NCBI GenBank assembly: GCA_035300805.1
Contig: DATGVB010000069.1
Span: 1-33,077 of the forward strand
DNA length: 33,077 bases
Origin: Tetragenococcus sp.
GTDB taxonomy: Bacteria > Bacillota > Bacilli > Lactobacillales > Enterococcaceae
Direction of reading: 5' to 3'
The notes beneath the pieces were generated by a model. It was not told where the DNA came from. It did no database searches and saw only the letters and a list, made by a program, of their open reading frames with translations. How positions within the stretch are numbered: position 1 is the first letter of the stretch; every line of letters starts with the position of its first letter. Positions 1 to 9,352 of the stretch are shown here, piece after piece. The position numbers were made by a program, and so were the translations under genes.

Positions 1-1353
<1,353 letters not shown>

Positions 1354-1375
1354 GATTCTTTCCTCCGAATTATTA

Positions 1376-1446
1376 TTAGTAAATTTATTATAAAATATTT
1401 AGTAAATTTTAGCAATAAGAAATATTAAGAATTTTAGTATATTACT
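1376..1446. promoter_or_regulatory. Candidate gal operator region (repeated TTAGTAAATTT motifs)
   Basis: TTAGTAAATTT at 1376-1386 and 1399-1409 plus related TTTTAGTATATTACT at 1432-1446, upstream of galK; resembles TTAGTA-type gal operators of lactic acid bacteria (recalled, not verified). Confidence 0.4.
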
Positions 1447-1503
1447 TTTCAAATTGACTAATTTCAGCGATAATAAAGATAGAATAAAAAATGAGGTGAG
1501 CAA

Positions 1504-1671
1504 ATGAAAAAATTTACGACAGGATTTGTATTGGGTTCTTTAGCAACAACTGCAGCTACCATTTGTTTAGTCACTACGATCAAGAAAAAAGTCATCGATC
1601 CTATCGAAGAAAAAGAAGCGATCATCTACGAAAATCGAAAAAAAGCAAAACGTAAAAGTTTTGCTCGTTAA
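1504..1671 (+). CDS. DUF3042 family small protein (55 aa)
   Basis: Below ORF-track cutoff; MKKFTTGFVLGSLATTAATICLVTTIKKKVIDPIEEKEAIIYENRKKAKRKSFAR; GAGGTGA RBS; hydrophobic N-terminus and IDPIEEKE...ENRKKA.RK pattern typical of DUF3042. Confidence 0.85.
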   Translation: MKKFTTGFVLGSLATTAATICLVTTIKKKVIDPIEEKEAIIYENRKKAKRKSFAR

Positions 1672-1743
1672 AAAAGAAGCTGGATCGTCCAAATAGGAAA
1701 AATCAGCTTCAGAATTTAAAACAATTATAGAGATGATCAGTCA

Positions 1744-1941
1744 ATGTTTAAAAAATATCGTATTTTCGAACAAAAACATCCTTATATGAGTACTGTAGGG
1801 GAAACAATAGTAATAATCATTGTTGGCCTGGCTGTTATCTATATCTTTACAGGAAAAATCAGAACAACAGGCTTAGCTATAGTAATTGGGATATTGCTGG
1901 GAGAACTGTATAATATTTATAAACAGAAGCACAGAACTTAA
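1744..1941 (+). CDS. Small hypothetical membrane protein (65 aa, two predicted TM helices)
   Basis: Two hydrophobic stretches flanked by basic termini; fills the gap before a terminator; weak RBS. Confidence 0.55.
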   Translation: MFKKYRIFEQKHPYMSTVGETIVIIIVGLAVIYIFTGKIRTTGLAIVIGILLGELYNIYKQKHRT

Positions 1942-1962
1942 AAAAGATTAGGTAGTAACTGT

Positions 1963-2010
1963 AAAAAAAACAACGAACTTTGGCTATTAGTTAAAGTTCG
2001 TTGTTTTTTT
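1963..2010. terminator. Bidirectional intrinsic terminator
   Basis: AAAAAAACAACGAACTTT...AAAGTTCGTTGTTTTTTT inverted repeat with A/T tails between convergent genes. Confidence 0.85.
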
Positions 2011-2067
2011 ACTTTTTTCTTGCTAACTTCATCATTCTTCTCATGTTCAATAGAAAGAGCGTACTTT

Positions 2068-2466
2068 TTATAGGTCTTTTGATTTCTTTTTACCTTCCCA
2101 GCCATCAAAACCTTCTTTGAGAATAAAAATATTTTCAAATCCTTTTTTGCGCAGTTTATTGGCTGCTCTGACGCTTAATGTTTTACCGGTATCATAAAGA
2201 TAAATCGGCTGATCTTTACGGATCGAACTTAGTGACTGATCTAAGACCGTATAAGGCATATTGCGGGCTCCCATAATGTGACTGCCGTTGAATTCATTTT
2301 TTTCACGTACATCGATCACCTGAGCTTTACGCATGCCTTGCCGAAAAGTTTCCTGATCGATGATCGTTGCTGATCGTTTGCCCTGAATATAATAATAAAG
2401 CCAGTTCAATCCCATACCTAATAAAATAATCGCTAAAACTAGAATTAACATTTGTAAAAAATTCAT
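2068..2466 (-). CDS. Rhodanese-like domain protein with N-terminal TM helix (YqhL-like)
   Basis: N-terminal hydrophobic helix, VIDVREKNEF..HIMGARN rhodanese motif; start overlaps glcK stop. Confidence 0.9.
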   Translation of the reverse strand: MNFLQMLILVLAIILLGMGLNWLYYYIQGKRSATIIDQETFRQGMRKAQVIDVREKNEFNGSHIMGARNMPYTVLDQSLSSIRKDQPIYLYDTGKTLSVRAANKLRKKGFENIFILKEGFDGWEGKKKSKDL

Positions 2467-3455
2467 TACTTACTCACCTTGTCCTTCTCTTTGTCTTTAA
2501 TTAGAGCTAATGAAGCTGCACCGATAATGCCTGCATCATTGCCCAATTGAGCTAATTTAATGGTTGTACTTTCCCCAACTTGAGGAAAAGTATACTTTTT
2601 AAAATAATGCTCTACTTTAAGCCTTAAGAACTCACCTGCCGCAGAAACACCTCCACCTAAAATAATACTGGATGGATTCAATAAGTTGCCGATATTTCCA
2701 CAAGCTAGTCCCAGATAATTACAAACCTGGTCGATCACCATTAAAGCAAAAGGATCATTTTTTTGAGCGAGCTCGAAAACCATCTTACTGGTCACTTCTT
2801 CACCGTCATCTAAAGTTTGCTTTAGAGTAGAGGCACCGGCAAATTCTTCTGATAAATGACGGGCCAGACGAACTACTCCTGTCGCACTGGCCACTGTTTC
2901 CAAGCAGCCTACTTTGCCACAAGTGCACTTAAAGCCGGCTGGATCCACTGTCAGATGACCGATTTCACCGGCACAGCCAGCAATCCCGTGTAAGAGTTGT
3001 CCTTCCATCACAATACCGCCACCGACACCGGTTCCTAAAGTAATAAAGACAACATCTGCCTCGTTATCTCCTGCTCCTTTAAAGCGTTCACCAAGAGCAG
3101 CTACATTGGCATCGTTATCTAAGAAAAAGGGAATACCGGTAGCTGCTTCGATCTGCTCTTTTACCGGTTGAAGAGTTGACCAATTCAGATTGTATGCTCC
3201 GATCACTGTCCCTTTGTTTCTATCGACACTCCCAGGAGTCCCCATCCCGATCGCCGCAAAATCTGTGGTTTGTAACTGATATAATCTTAGTCGATGATTG
3301 ATACTTGAAATAATATCGTCAACAATATGGCTGCCAGCTTCTTGAATATTAGTTGGAATGCTCCACTTCTGCTGGATATCACCACTTAACGTTAAGATGG
3401 CAAATTTAGTCGTTGTACCGCCTAAATCAATTCCTATTACTTTTTTTTCTTCCAT
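2466..3455 (-). CDS. glcK: ROK-family glucokinase
   Basis: GIDLGGT, NDANVAALGE, TLGTGVGGG, GEIGH and CxCGxxGCLE motifs; yqgQ-glcK context. Confidence 0.95.
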   Translation of the reverse strand: MEEKKVIGIDLGGTTTKFAILTLSGDIQQKWSIPTNIQEAGSHIVDDIISSINHRLRLYQLQTTDFAAIGMGTPGSVDRNKGTVIGAYNLNWSTLQPVKEQIEAATGIPFFLDNDANVAALGERFKGAGDNEADVVFITLGTGVGGGIVMEGQLLHGIAGCAGEIGHLTVDPAGFKCTCGKVGCLETVASATGVVRLARHLSEEFAGASTLKQTLDDGEEVTSKMVFELAQKNDPFALMVIDQVCNYLGLACGNIGNLLNPSSIILGGGVSAAGEFLRLKVEHYFKKYTFPQVGESTTIKLAQLGNDAGIIGAASLALIKDKEKDKVSK

Positions 3456-3662
3456 CTACTTCTCCTTCCTGCTTTCTTCAATACGATGTTCTCTAAGTAA
3501 AATACTTCGAGCGGTCAAATAGGTTTCCTTATCGATCAAATGGGCCTCGAAAATATTTTTTAATTCAATACTCATCAATTCAATATCATAAATACGTTTA
3601 CCCACATAGACATATATCCCAAAACGTTTTAATAATTGTTGCACATCATATAAACTTTTCAT
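3456..3662 (-). CDS. yqgQ: YqgQ (DUF910) family protein
   Basis: LYDVQQLLKRFGIYVY signature; conserved position between rhomboid and glcK. Confidence 0.9.
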   Translation of the reverse strand: MKSLYDVQQLLKRFGIYVYVGKRIYDIELMSIELKNIFEAHLIDKETYLTARSILLREHRIEESRKEK

Positions 3663-3675
3663 AAGTCACCACCAA

Positions 3676-4365
3676 TTATACTAATACTTGGTATTTTTTT
3701 AAACCATATAATAAACAAAAAACGACTATAAAAAGTAGCAGGATTGCTGAAATAATCCGAGTATGGATCGAGTAATCGTGATTACGCTTAGGCAGGCCCG
3801 CCAAATTACCGAATAATAAACCACCTGCCAGACCGCCTACATGTCCCCAGATATCTACTGAACGATCGAATAAACTAAATAATAAACTGATCGTCACAAA
3901 AAGGGTAAATTGCTTCACTAAAGCCTGAATTGCATAATTATCATTATAATGTAGACCTAATATAACAAAAGCACCAAATAACCCAAATAAAGCAGTGCTG
4001 GCTCCGGCCGACTGAATTCCTGCCTGATTAAAGGCAAAACTCATCAGATTCCCCATTACACCACTAATCAAATAAATCAGTAAATAGCGCCAATGACCAT
4101 ATAAAGCTTCAATTTGCTGACCCATATAATACAAAACAACAGAATTGACCGCAAAATGCATCAGACCATAATGGATAAACATCGGCGTAAACAAACGCCA
4201 GTACTGACCATAAAAAGCGATCAGAGGACCAAACATAGAGCCTCTTGTTTCAATTTGCAGAGCAGGAAAAAGATAAGCTAATAAAAAAACAACTGTCTGA
4301 ATGATCAATAAGCCATAGGTAATAAAAGGCTGATTAAGCCAACGTTTTATTTTATAATGATTCAT
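3676..4365 (-). CDS. Rhomboid intramembrane serine protease (GluP-like)
   Basis: WRLFTPMFIH, H..N, GAS catalytic Ser and GHVGG His motifs; ATG at 4365 preferred over 4374. Confidence 0.92.
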   Translation of the reverse strand: MNHYKIKRWLNQPFITYGLLIIQTVVFLLAYLFPALQIETRGSMFGPLIAFYGQYWRLFTPMFIHYGLMHFAVNSVVLYYMGQQIEALYGHWRYLLIYLISGVMGNLMSFAFNQAGIQSAGASTALFGLFGAFVILGLHYNDNYAIQALVKQFTLFVTISLLFSLFDRSVDIWGHVGGLAGGLLFGNLAGLPKRNHDYSIHTRIISAILLLFIVVFCLLYGLKKYQVLV

Positions 4366-4924
4366 AACTATCACTTCTTTCTAAATGATCAGTGTAAATT
4401 CGTTCTACCGGTAAATCAAATTCACCGATTTCCCAGTTATCATTCAGTTGCTCACTAAAGACTAAACTACAAGATCTCCCTTTAAAATCAGTCAGAAAGC
4501 GGTCATAATAGCCGCCGCCAAAGCCGATCCGATAGCCCTTAGCGGAAAAAACAATACCTGGTACGATCAGCAGATGAATTTGATCTTTTGACACAACTGC
4601 ATTATTAACAGGTTCTTCAATGCCAAAAGTACTTTTTTGATACACTGTGTTCTCATCAATTTCATAAAAATTCATTTGACCTTCCGGCAGAGCTTTAGGT
4701 ACCACAACTGTCTTATTTTGTTTAAGCGCCTGGCTGGTTAAAAAGGCTAAATTAAATTCGAAATTCTGAGAACGATACAGCGCAACTGTCGCTGCATCTT
4801 GCCACAGTTTTGAATGTAAGAGCAGATTAGCTATTGCTTCTTCTTTGGCTTGTTTCTTTTTAGGATGATCAGCTAATTTTTTTAAATGGCTGATTGTTTC
4901 TATTCGTAATTGTTTTTTATTCAC
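4352..4924 (-). CDS. 5-formyltetrahydrofolate cyclo-ligase
   Basis: FGIEEP, IVPG, RIGFGGGYYDRFL motifs; likely GTG start at 4924 with GGAG RBS. Confidence 0.93.
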   Translation of the reverse strand: MNKKQLRIETISHLKKLADHPKKKQAKEEAIANLLLHSKLWQDAATVALYRSQNFEFNLAFLTSQALKQNKTVVVPKALPEGQMNFYEIDENTVYQKSTFGIEEPVNNAVVSKDQIHLLIVPGIVFSAKGYRIGFGGGYYDRFLTDFKGRSCSLVFSEQLNDNWEIGEFDLPVERIYTDHLERSDSYESL

Positions 4925-5124
4925 TAGTGACAACTCCATTTTAAATTTGTTTGATTCATTTTTCCATGATAACATTTTATTACAACACTTCCAATACAGG
5001 ACTTAAAATCCAGTCAAGTAATATTACTTAACAAAACTTGCCAAAATCACTAGAATTTTACAAAAAAACATGCTATGATAATAAAGTCCGATTTGGAGTA
5101 TTGAGTATTTAGGAGGGAAAACAC

Positions 5125-5274
5125 ATGCGTGTTAATATTACACTAGAATGCACTTCTTGCAAAGAACGCAATTACTTAACAAGTAAAAACAAACGTAACA
5201 ACCCTGATCGTTTGGAAAAAATGAAGTATTGCCCACGTGAAAGAAAAGTGACATTGCACCGCGAAACAAAGTAA
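5125..5274 (+). CDS. rpmG: 50S ribosomal protein L33 (49 aa)
   Basis: Below ORF-track cutoff; [49 protein letters not shown]; AGGAGG RBS. Confidence 0.97.
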   Translation: MRVNITLECTSCKERNYLTSKNKRNNPDRLEKMKYCPRERKVTLHRETK

Positions 5275-5283
5275 ATCAAATCT

Positions 5284-5315
5284 CACCTGACAGATTTTCT
5301 GTCAGGTGCTTTTTT
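5284..5315 (+). terminator. rpmG intrinsic terminator
   Basis: CACCTGACAGA-ttt-TCTGTCAGGTG followed by a T run. Confidence 0.88.
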
Positions 5316-5336
5316 ATCTAAAAAATTTTTAAAATA

Positions 5337-5366
5337 AAAAAACCGTCATCTCATTAGAAATGACGG
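5337..5366 (-). terminator. Terminator of LysM/Apf gene
   Basis: CCGTCAT...ATGACGG stem followed by a T run on the minus strand. Confidence 0.75.
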
Positions 5367-5385
5367 ATTATTGTTCGAGTAAGAT

Positions 5386-5988
5386 TTAATACCAACCGTT
5401 AGCAACCCAGAAACTTTTCGCAGCTTCCCATGAACCATAACGATCAGATACATATTGGTCTGCAACCTTTTCTTGGTTTGCTGCAGAATAGTCACCACTT
5501 AAATAAGAAGAACTCAATTGATAACGACCTACATATTGGCCATTAGAAGCTGAGTAAGAACCACCGGATTCTTTTTGTGCGATCCATTCCTTTGCAGATG
5601 AAGAATTACCAGCAGAAGTGCTATCCTGGCTGACTTTTACTTCTTGTGTCTGTTGTTGTACTGGTGCAGACGGTTGTTCTTCATAAACAGGTGCACTTTC
5701 TTCTGCTTGAGGAACATCTTGTTTAGCTGAAACTTTTTTTGCTTTGCCATCTGTAGCAATCGTCAGCTTTTCCCCAACAAAAATCTGATCTGCATTTTTT
5801 ATATCATTATCTTTTACAATCGAATCTACTAAACTATTGTCACCAACAAATTCCATCGAAATTTTTGATAAAGTATCATTCTCTTTGACGGTGTATACTT
5901 CATCAGCCTTAACTTCTTTTCCTCCAAGCGCTAAAGTTGCACTTGCTGCTAATAAAGTGCTGAATAAAACAGTTTTGCTCAATTTCAT
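5386..5988 (-). CDS. Secreted LysM protein with aggregation-promoting-factor (Apf)-like C-terminal domain
   Basis: Signal peptide (..VKA-D), LysM (YTVKENDTLSKI...IFVGEKLTI), low-complexity linker, AKEWIAQKESGGSY...GRYQL...FWVANGWY C-terminus. Confidence 0.9.
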   Translation of the reverse strand: MKLSKTVLFSTLLAASATLALGGKEVKADEVYTVKENDTLSKISMEFVGDNSLVDSIVKDNDIKNADQIFVGEKLTIATDGKAKKVSAKQDVPQAEESAPVYEEQPSAPVQQQTQEVKVSQDSTSAGNSSSAKEWIAQKESGGSYSASNGQYVGRYQLSSSYLSGDYSAANQEKVADQYVSDRYGSWEAAKSFWVANGWY

Positions 5989-6238
5989 TTTTCATTTCCT
6001 CCAAATATCTTTATCTACAACTTCTTTCAAGCTACAATTGTTAACTTACCACTGAACTGTATTACTTATGTAAAAAACAGTTAACAATTCATTACAATTT
6101 GAAGAAAAATATGACAAAAGCTGATAAAAAATATTTTTATTAAGATTATATTAAGAATGAAAAGTACTGATATATCAAGCACAATTTAGTTTGCTATACA
6201 AACTATTGAAAATTTATTTTTTGTAATATTTCAAAAAT

Positions 6239-6272
6239 AAAAGCTCTTAAAAAAATTTTTTTAAGAGCTTTT
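6239..6272 (-). terminator. Perfect 34-bp palindrome overlapping the endonuclease stop codon; probable terminator
   Basis: AAAAGCTCTTAAAAAAA|TTTTTTTAAGAGCTTTT. Confidence 0.55.
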
Positions 6273-7025
6273 TTTGGAACTACCATCTAAATAGTTGATC
6301 TGATAACCATTTTGTACATTATAAATAAAAATATTCAATTGGATCCTATCATCTTCAATACTTTGTGCTTCCAGTTCGACTCCACGAGCAACCAGTTCGT
6401 TATCCTTAAAATAAGGAGTCACACGATATCGTACATGATGGCCAGTTTCCTTCAAATAAGCGGCTATCTTTTCTTCGTACTCCTTCATGGGTCCCTGATT
6501 CATTTGCTGTGTACCTGTGAATAGATTTTTCCAGTTTACGTCTTCGCCCGTAAACTGATGGCCGATCAAATGTGAACGGTTATAAAGCCAGACATCTTCT
6601 TTAATTTTCTTTTGTTTCCAGCCAGTGGGATAAACTTGCGAGATATCCTCTCGTTTTTTTTGCGGCATCATGTCTTTATGCAGCATGGCATTGGCAGCTC
6701 CTACTCGGTTAAATTGATCTAAGTTGCTAAAACTCTGCCAATTCTTTTTTGTTAAAGACAAGTCCTCTTCAGAAAAAAAGGGCTGGTTTTCATTTAAACT
6801 AACGACACTATCGTCACTATAAGCAGGTAAACTGGAAAGTTTATCATAATTTTCTAGTTGGTTTTTTTCATTTGTAGAAAAAATTGCCACGATCGAAGCA
6901 GGATCATCCCAATCAACCTGGGCAAGATCGATTTGACCGGCACTAGCAGTAAATACAATCAGAGCTATCAAAGTAAAAAATAAGCGCTTCGCCTTTTTTG
7001 AATTTTTATTTGATTTTTTTCCCAT
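6261..7025 (-). CDS. Membrane-anchored DNA/RNA non-specific endonuclease (EndA-like)
   Basis: Basic N-terminus plus TM/signal; PTGW, YNRSHLIGH (DRGH-type), NLFTGT..N, YRVTP, FIYNVQ motifs. Confidence 0.9.
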   Translation of the reverse strand: MGKKSNKNSKKAKRLFFTLIALIVFTASAGQIDLAQVDWDDPASIVAIFSTNEKNQLENYDKLSSLPAYSDDSVVSLNENQPFFSEEDLSLTKKNWQSFSNLDQFNRVGAANAMLHKDMMPQKKREDISQVYPTGWKQKKIKEDVWLYNRSHLIGHQFTGEDVNWKNLFTGTQQMNQGPMKEYEEKIAAYLKETGHHVRYRVTPYFKDNELVARGVELEAQSIEDDRIQLNIFIYNVQNGYQINYLDGSSKKSS

Positions 7026-7062
7026 TTACTTTTCTCTTTCTTTTTTACTTTTTTACAATAAT

Positions 7063-7099
7063 AAAGCAGCAAGAATCTACTTGAGATCCTTGCTGCTTT
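7063..7099 (-). terminator. Probable terminator after the 150-aa gene
   Basis: AAAGCAGCAAGAATCT...AGATCCTTGCTGCTTT inverted repeat with T-rich tail on the minus strand. Confidence 0.7.
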
Positions 7100-7110
7100 G
7101 GTCAGTTTCC

Positions 7111-7563
7111 TTAAAGTAAATCGCCGTATACGTCATCTACGGTGTTTTCTGGATCGATCACAATGTAAAGATTCTGATTCTTGGAGCTGATTTTAGTGGA
7201 TTGGTTTACATTATCCAAACCTTCTTCATCTTTATCTTTATAAGGGAAGTAAATAATATCCGGTTCACCTGAATCAAAAATAATATGCATGTACTCAATA
7301 TCCTCATACTTCAAAGCTCGAGCAAACATTCCCATTTCTAAACCGCCAAGGTTGATATCATCAGTTGTTACATGATCGCCTTCCTGGAAAACCTCCATTT
7401 TAAAAGCGGCGCAAGGATGAATTTTTACAAAATCACTACCATTGATACGTCCGTAGCTGATCGTTACTTGTTTGATCCACAAATCTCCAATATCACGACG
7501 GTCAATCGTCCAAGTTTCTCCATTACGGAAAAAGAACTTTAATGCCTTCATTTCTCTTGACAT
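7111..7563 (-). CDS. Hypothetical protein (150 aa, acidic, soluble)
   Basis: Clean ORF with AAGGAG RBS and its own terminator; no motif recognised. Confidence 0.8.
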   Translation of the reverse strand: MSREMKALKFFFRNGETWTIDRRDIGDLWIKQVTISYGRINGSDFVKIHPCAAFKMEVFQEGDHVTTDDINLGGLEMGMFARALKYEDIEYMHIIFDSGEPDIIYFPYKDKDEEGLDNVNQSTKISSKNQNLYIVIDPENTVDDVYGDLL

Positions 7564-7586
7564 AATAAACGCTCCTTGTCTTTTTA

Positions 7587-7601
7587 TTATAATTATTACA
7601 A
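7587..7601. promoter_or_regulatory. Candidate PerR box
   Basis: TTATAATTATTACAA, one mismatch to TTATAATnATTATAA, about 24 bp upstream of the 150-aa gene start; AT-rich context limits confidence. Confidence 0.45.
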
Positions 7602-7662
7602 ATTAATTTTATCATAAAGCCTAGCTAAGGTAAATCACAATCCACTAGCTGCAAATTAAGTT

Positions 7663-8880
7663 CTATTTACTATTAGTCTTTAATTTTTTAGCCGCATGCC
7701 TCAGTAATTCTCTTTTGTCATTGGCTACTTGTTGATTCACTACAGCATTTTCCAGATAAAGCAGGATCTCTTTCAGCCATTTTCCAGCTGTCTGATTAAA
7801 AAATTGCATCAAATCATGACCATTTACCGCTAATTCTTTTAAAGAATGGATAGCCAGCTGTTGATCTAATATTGTAATTTTTTCATAATCAGTGGGTAAA
7901 TCATAATAAGGCAAGAGTTCCTCTATTAAAATTGCCTGTTTCTTCCCTAAATGGTAAATTTGCTGCAAACCAAAAGCTCCACGTTTACGTTTTTTTAATC
8001 CCGAAATTAAAATTTGCACCGAATGGATCATTTCATTGGAACATTTCCAGCTTTTCAAAAATGAACGAACATCGCTTTCTGCTAACTCCAGCTGATCAAT
8101 CAACAAAGTCCAGGCTTGTACCTGATTCTTTAACTGGATATCAGGCAATTGGCTAAAATTTTTCAAAGCTTGCTTTTCTTTAGATAGTTTAGGACATTCT
8201 TTATAACATTGTGTGGCAAGCAGCATCTCTATTCCTGCTCGTCGATTAGAACCTAAAAGTAATTTTACAAATTCAACATTGATTCTTTCAATAGAAATCT
8301 TTGCTAATAAAGCATGATTTTCTTTAATAGCCGTAAAAGTTTCAGGTGTTAACTTAAAGCCTAACTGGCTGACAAACCGCAAGCCGCGCATCATCCGCAG
8401 GGCATCTTCAGAAAAACGTGCATAAGGATCTCCTACGGCCTTTAGTTTTTTTTCTTTTAAATCATTCAAACCGCCAAATAAGTCGATCACCTCTCCATCT
8501 TGCTTTAAGGCAAAGGCATTGATCGTAAAATCTCGTCTTCGTAAATCTTCTTCAAGTGAACGGACAAATTTTACCTGATCTGGTCTACGATAATCCTGAT
8601 AAGCGGATTCTGTCCGAAAAGTCGTAATTTCATACTGACCCAGATTCGTTAAAACAAGCACTGTACCATGCTTAATCCCTACATCGATCGTCCGGGGGAA
8701 AATAGCTTTGATTTCCTCAGGAAAAGCACTAGTCGCTATATCGACGTCATGAATCGATTGTTGCAGTAGACAATCTCTAACACTACCTCCGACAAAAAAG
8801 GCGTTATGTCCTGCTTGTTCGATTTTTCTGATGACTGGCAAAGCTCTTTCATATTCAGCTGGAAAGACAGCTAACTTCAT
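7663..8880 (-). CDS. cca: CCA tRNA nucleotidyltransferase
   Basis: VGGSVRD, DVDIAT, EITTFR, DLRRRDFTINA and EDALRMMRGLRF class II motifs. Confidence 0.97.
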   Translation of the reverse strand: MKLAVFPAEYERALPVIRKIEQAGHNAFFVGGSVRDCLLQQSIHDVDIATSAFPEEIKAIFPRTIDVGIKHGTVLVLTNLGQYEITTFRTESAYQDYRRPDQVKFVRSLEEDLRRRDFTINAFALKQDGEVIDLFGGLNDLKEKKLKAVGDPYARFSEDALRMMRGLRFVSQLGFKLTPETFTAIKENHALLAKISIERINVEFVKLLLGSNRRAGIEMLLATQCYKECPKLSKEKQALKNFSQLPDIQLKNQVQAWTLLIDQLELAESDVRSFLKSWKCSNEMIHSVQILISGLKKRKRGAFGLQQIYHLGKKQAILIEELLPYYDLPTDYEKITILDQQLAIHSLKELAVNGHDLMQFFNQTAGKWLKEILLYLENAVVNQQVANDKRELLRHAAKKLKTNSK

Positions 8881-9224
8881 TATTGTTTTTCCTTTCCATC
8901 CACACGTTCAAAACGATAGGCATCTCTTTGATTAAATTTTTCCATATTCTCCTTAAATACTTCTGTCAAATCAATTCCCAGTGAATTAGCCATGATCATT
9001 GTAACAAACAAAACATCGCCCAGCTCTTCTTTAACTGTTTTTTGGGGTTCTGTTGATTTTTTACTTTTTTCACCATAATAGTGATTGACTTCCCGAGCCA
9101 GCTCCCCCACTTCTTCAGTCAAACGAGCCATTTGAGCCAGGGGACTAAAATAACCGTCTTTAAATTGTTGAATATATTCGTCTACTTCTGTTTGCATTGC
9201 TCTTAACGACTGCTCTTTTACCAT
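8880..9224 (-). CDS. ypjD: MazG-like nucleotide pyrophosphohydrolase (YpjD)
   Basis: GYFSPLA..ARLTEEVGELAREVNH and EELGD motifs; stop overlaps cca start (TAATG). Confidence 0.9.
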   Translation of the reverse strand: MVKEQSLRAMQTEVDEYIQQFKDGYFSPLAQMARLTEEVGELAREVNHYYGEKSKKSTEPQKTVKEELGDVLFVTMIMANSLGIDLTEVFKENMEKFNQRDAYRFERVDGKEKQ

Positions 9225-9297
9225 AAAAAAACACCTCCATTTACCATGTTCTTTTTTATTTTAGCAAAAATTTCAACCAATTCCTAGGAGATAAAGA

Positions 9298-9326
9298 TTG
9301 AGACAAAGGAAATTTCGTGCTACATT
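9298..9326 (+). promoter_or_regulatory. Candidate sigma-A promoter for yitT
   Basis: TTGAGA-17 nt-TACATT with extended -10 TG. Confidence 0.5.
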
Positions 9327-9352
9327 AAATTTGGTCTAAAGGAGGTCATTAT

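Noticed and set aside
5125-5274. Unusual L33 zinc motif (CxxC...CxxE)
   Set aside because: Three-Cys L33 variants with an acidic fourth residue are common in Firmicutes
6415-6436. Similarity between the endonuclease coding sequence (GGAGTCACACGATATCGTAC) and the 10241 repeat, suggesting antisense targeting
   Set aside because: Only an 8-nt exact core plus gapped matches; compatible with chance
6261-9224. Anti-phage island (nucleotidyltransferase + MazG + nuclease + hypothetical)
   Set aside because: The nucleotidyltransferase is a canonical CCA enzyme, ypjD is a core neighbour of cca, and the nuclease is an exported EndA-type protein separated by a terminator
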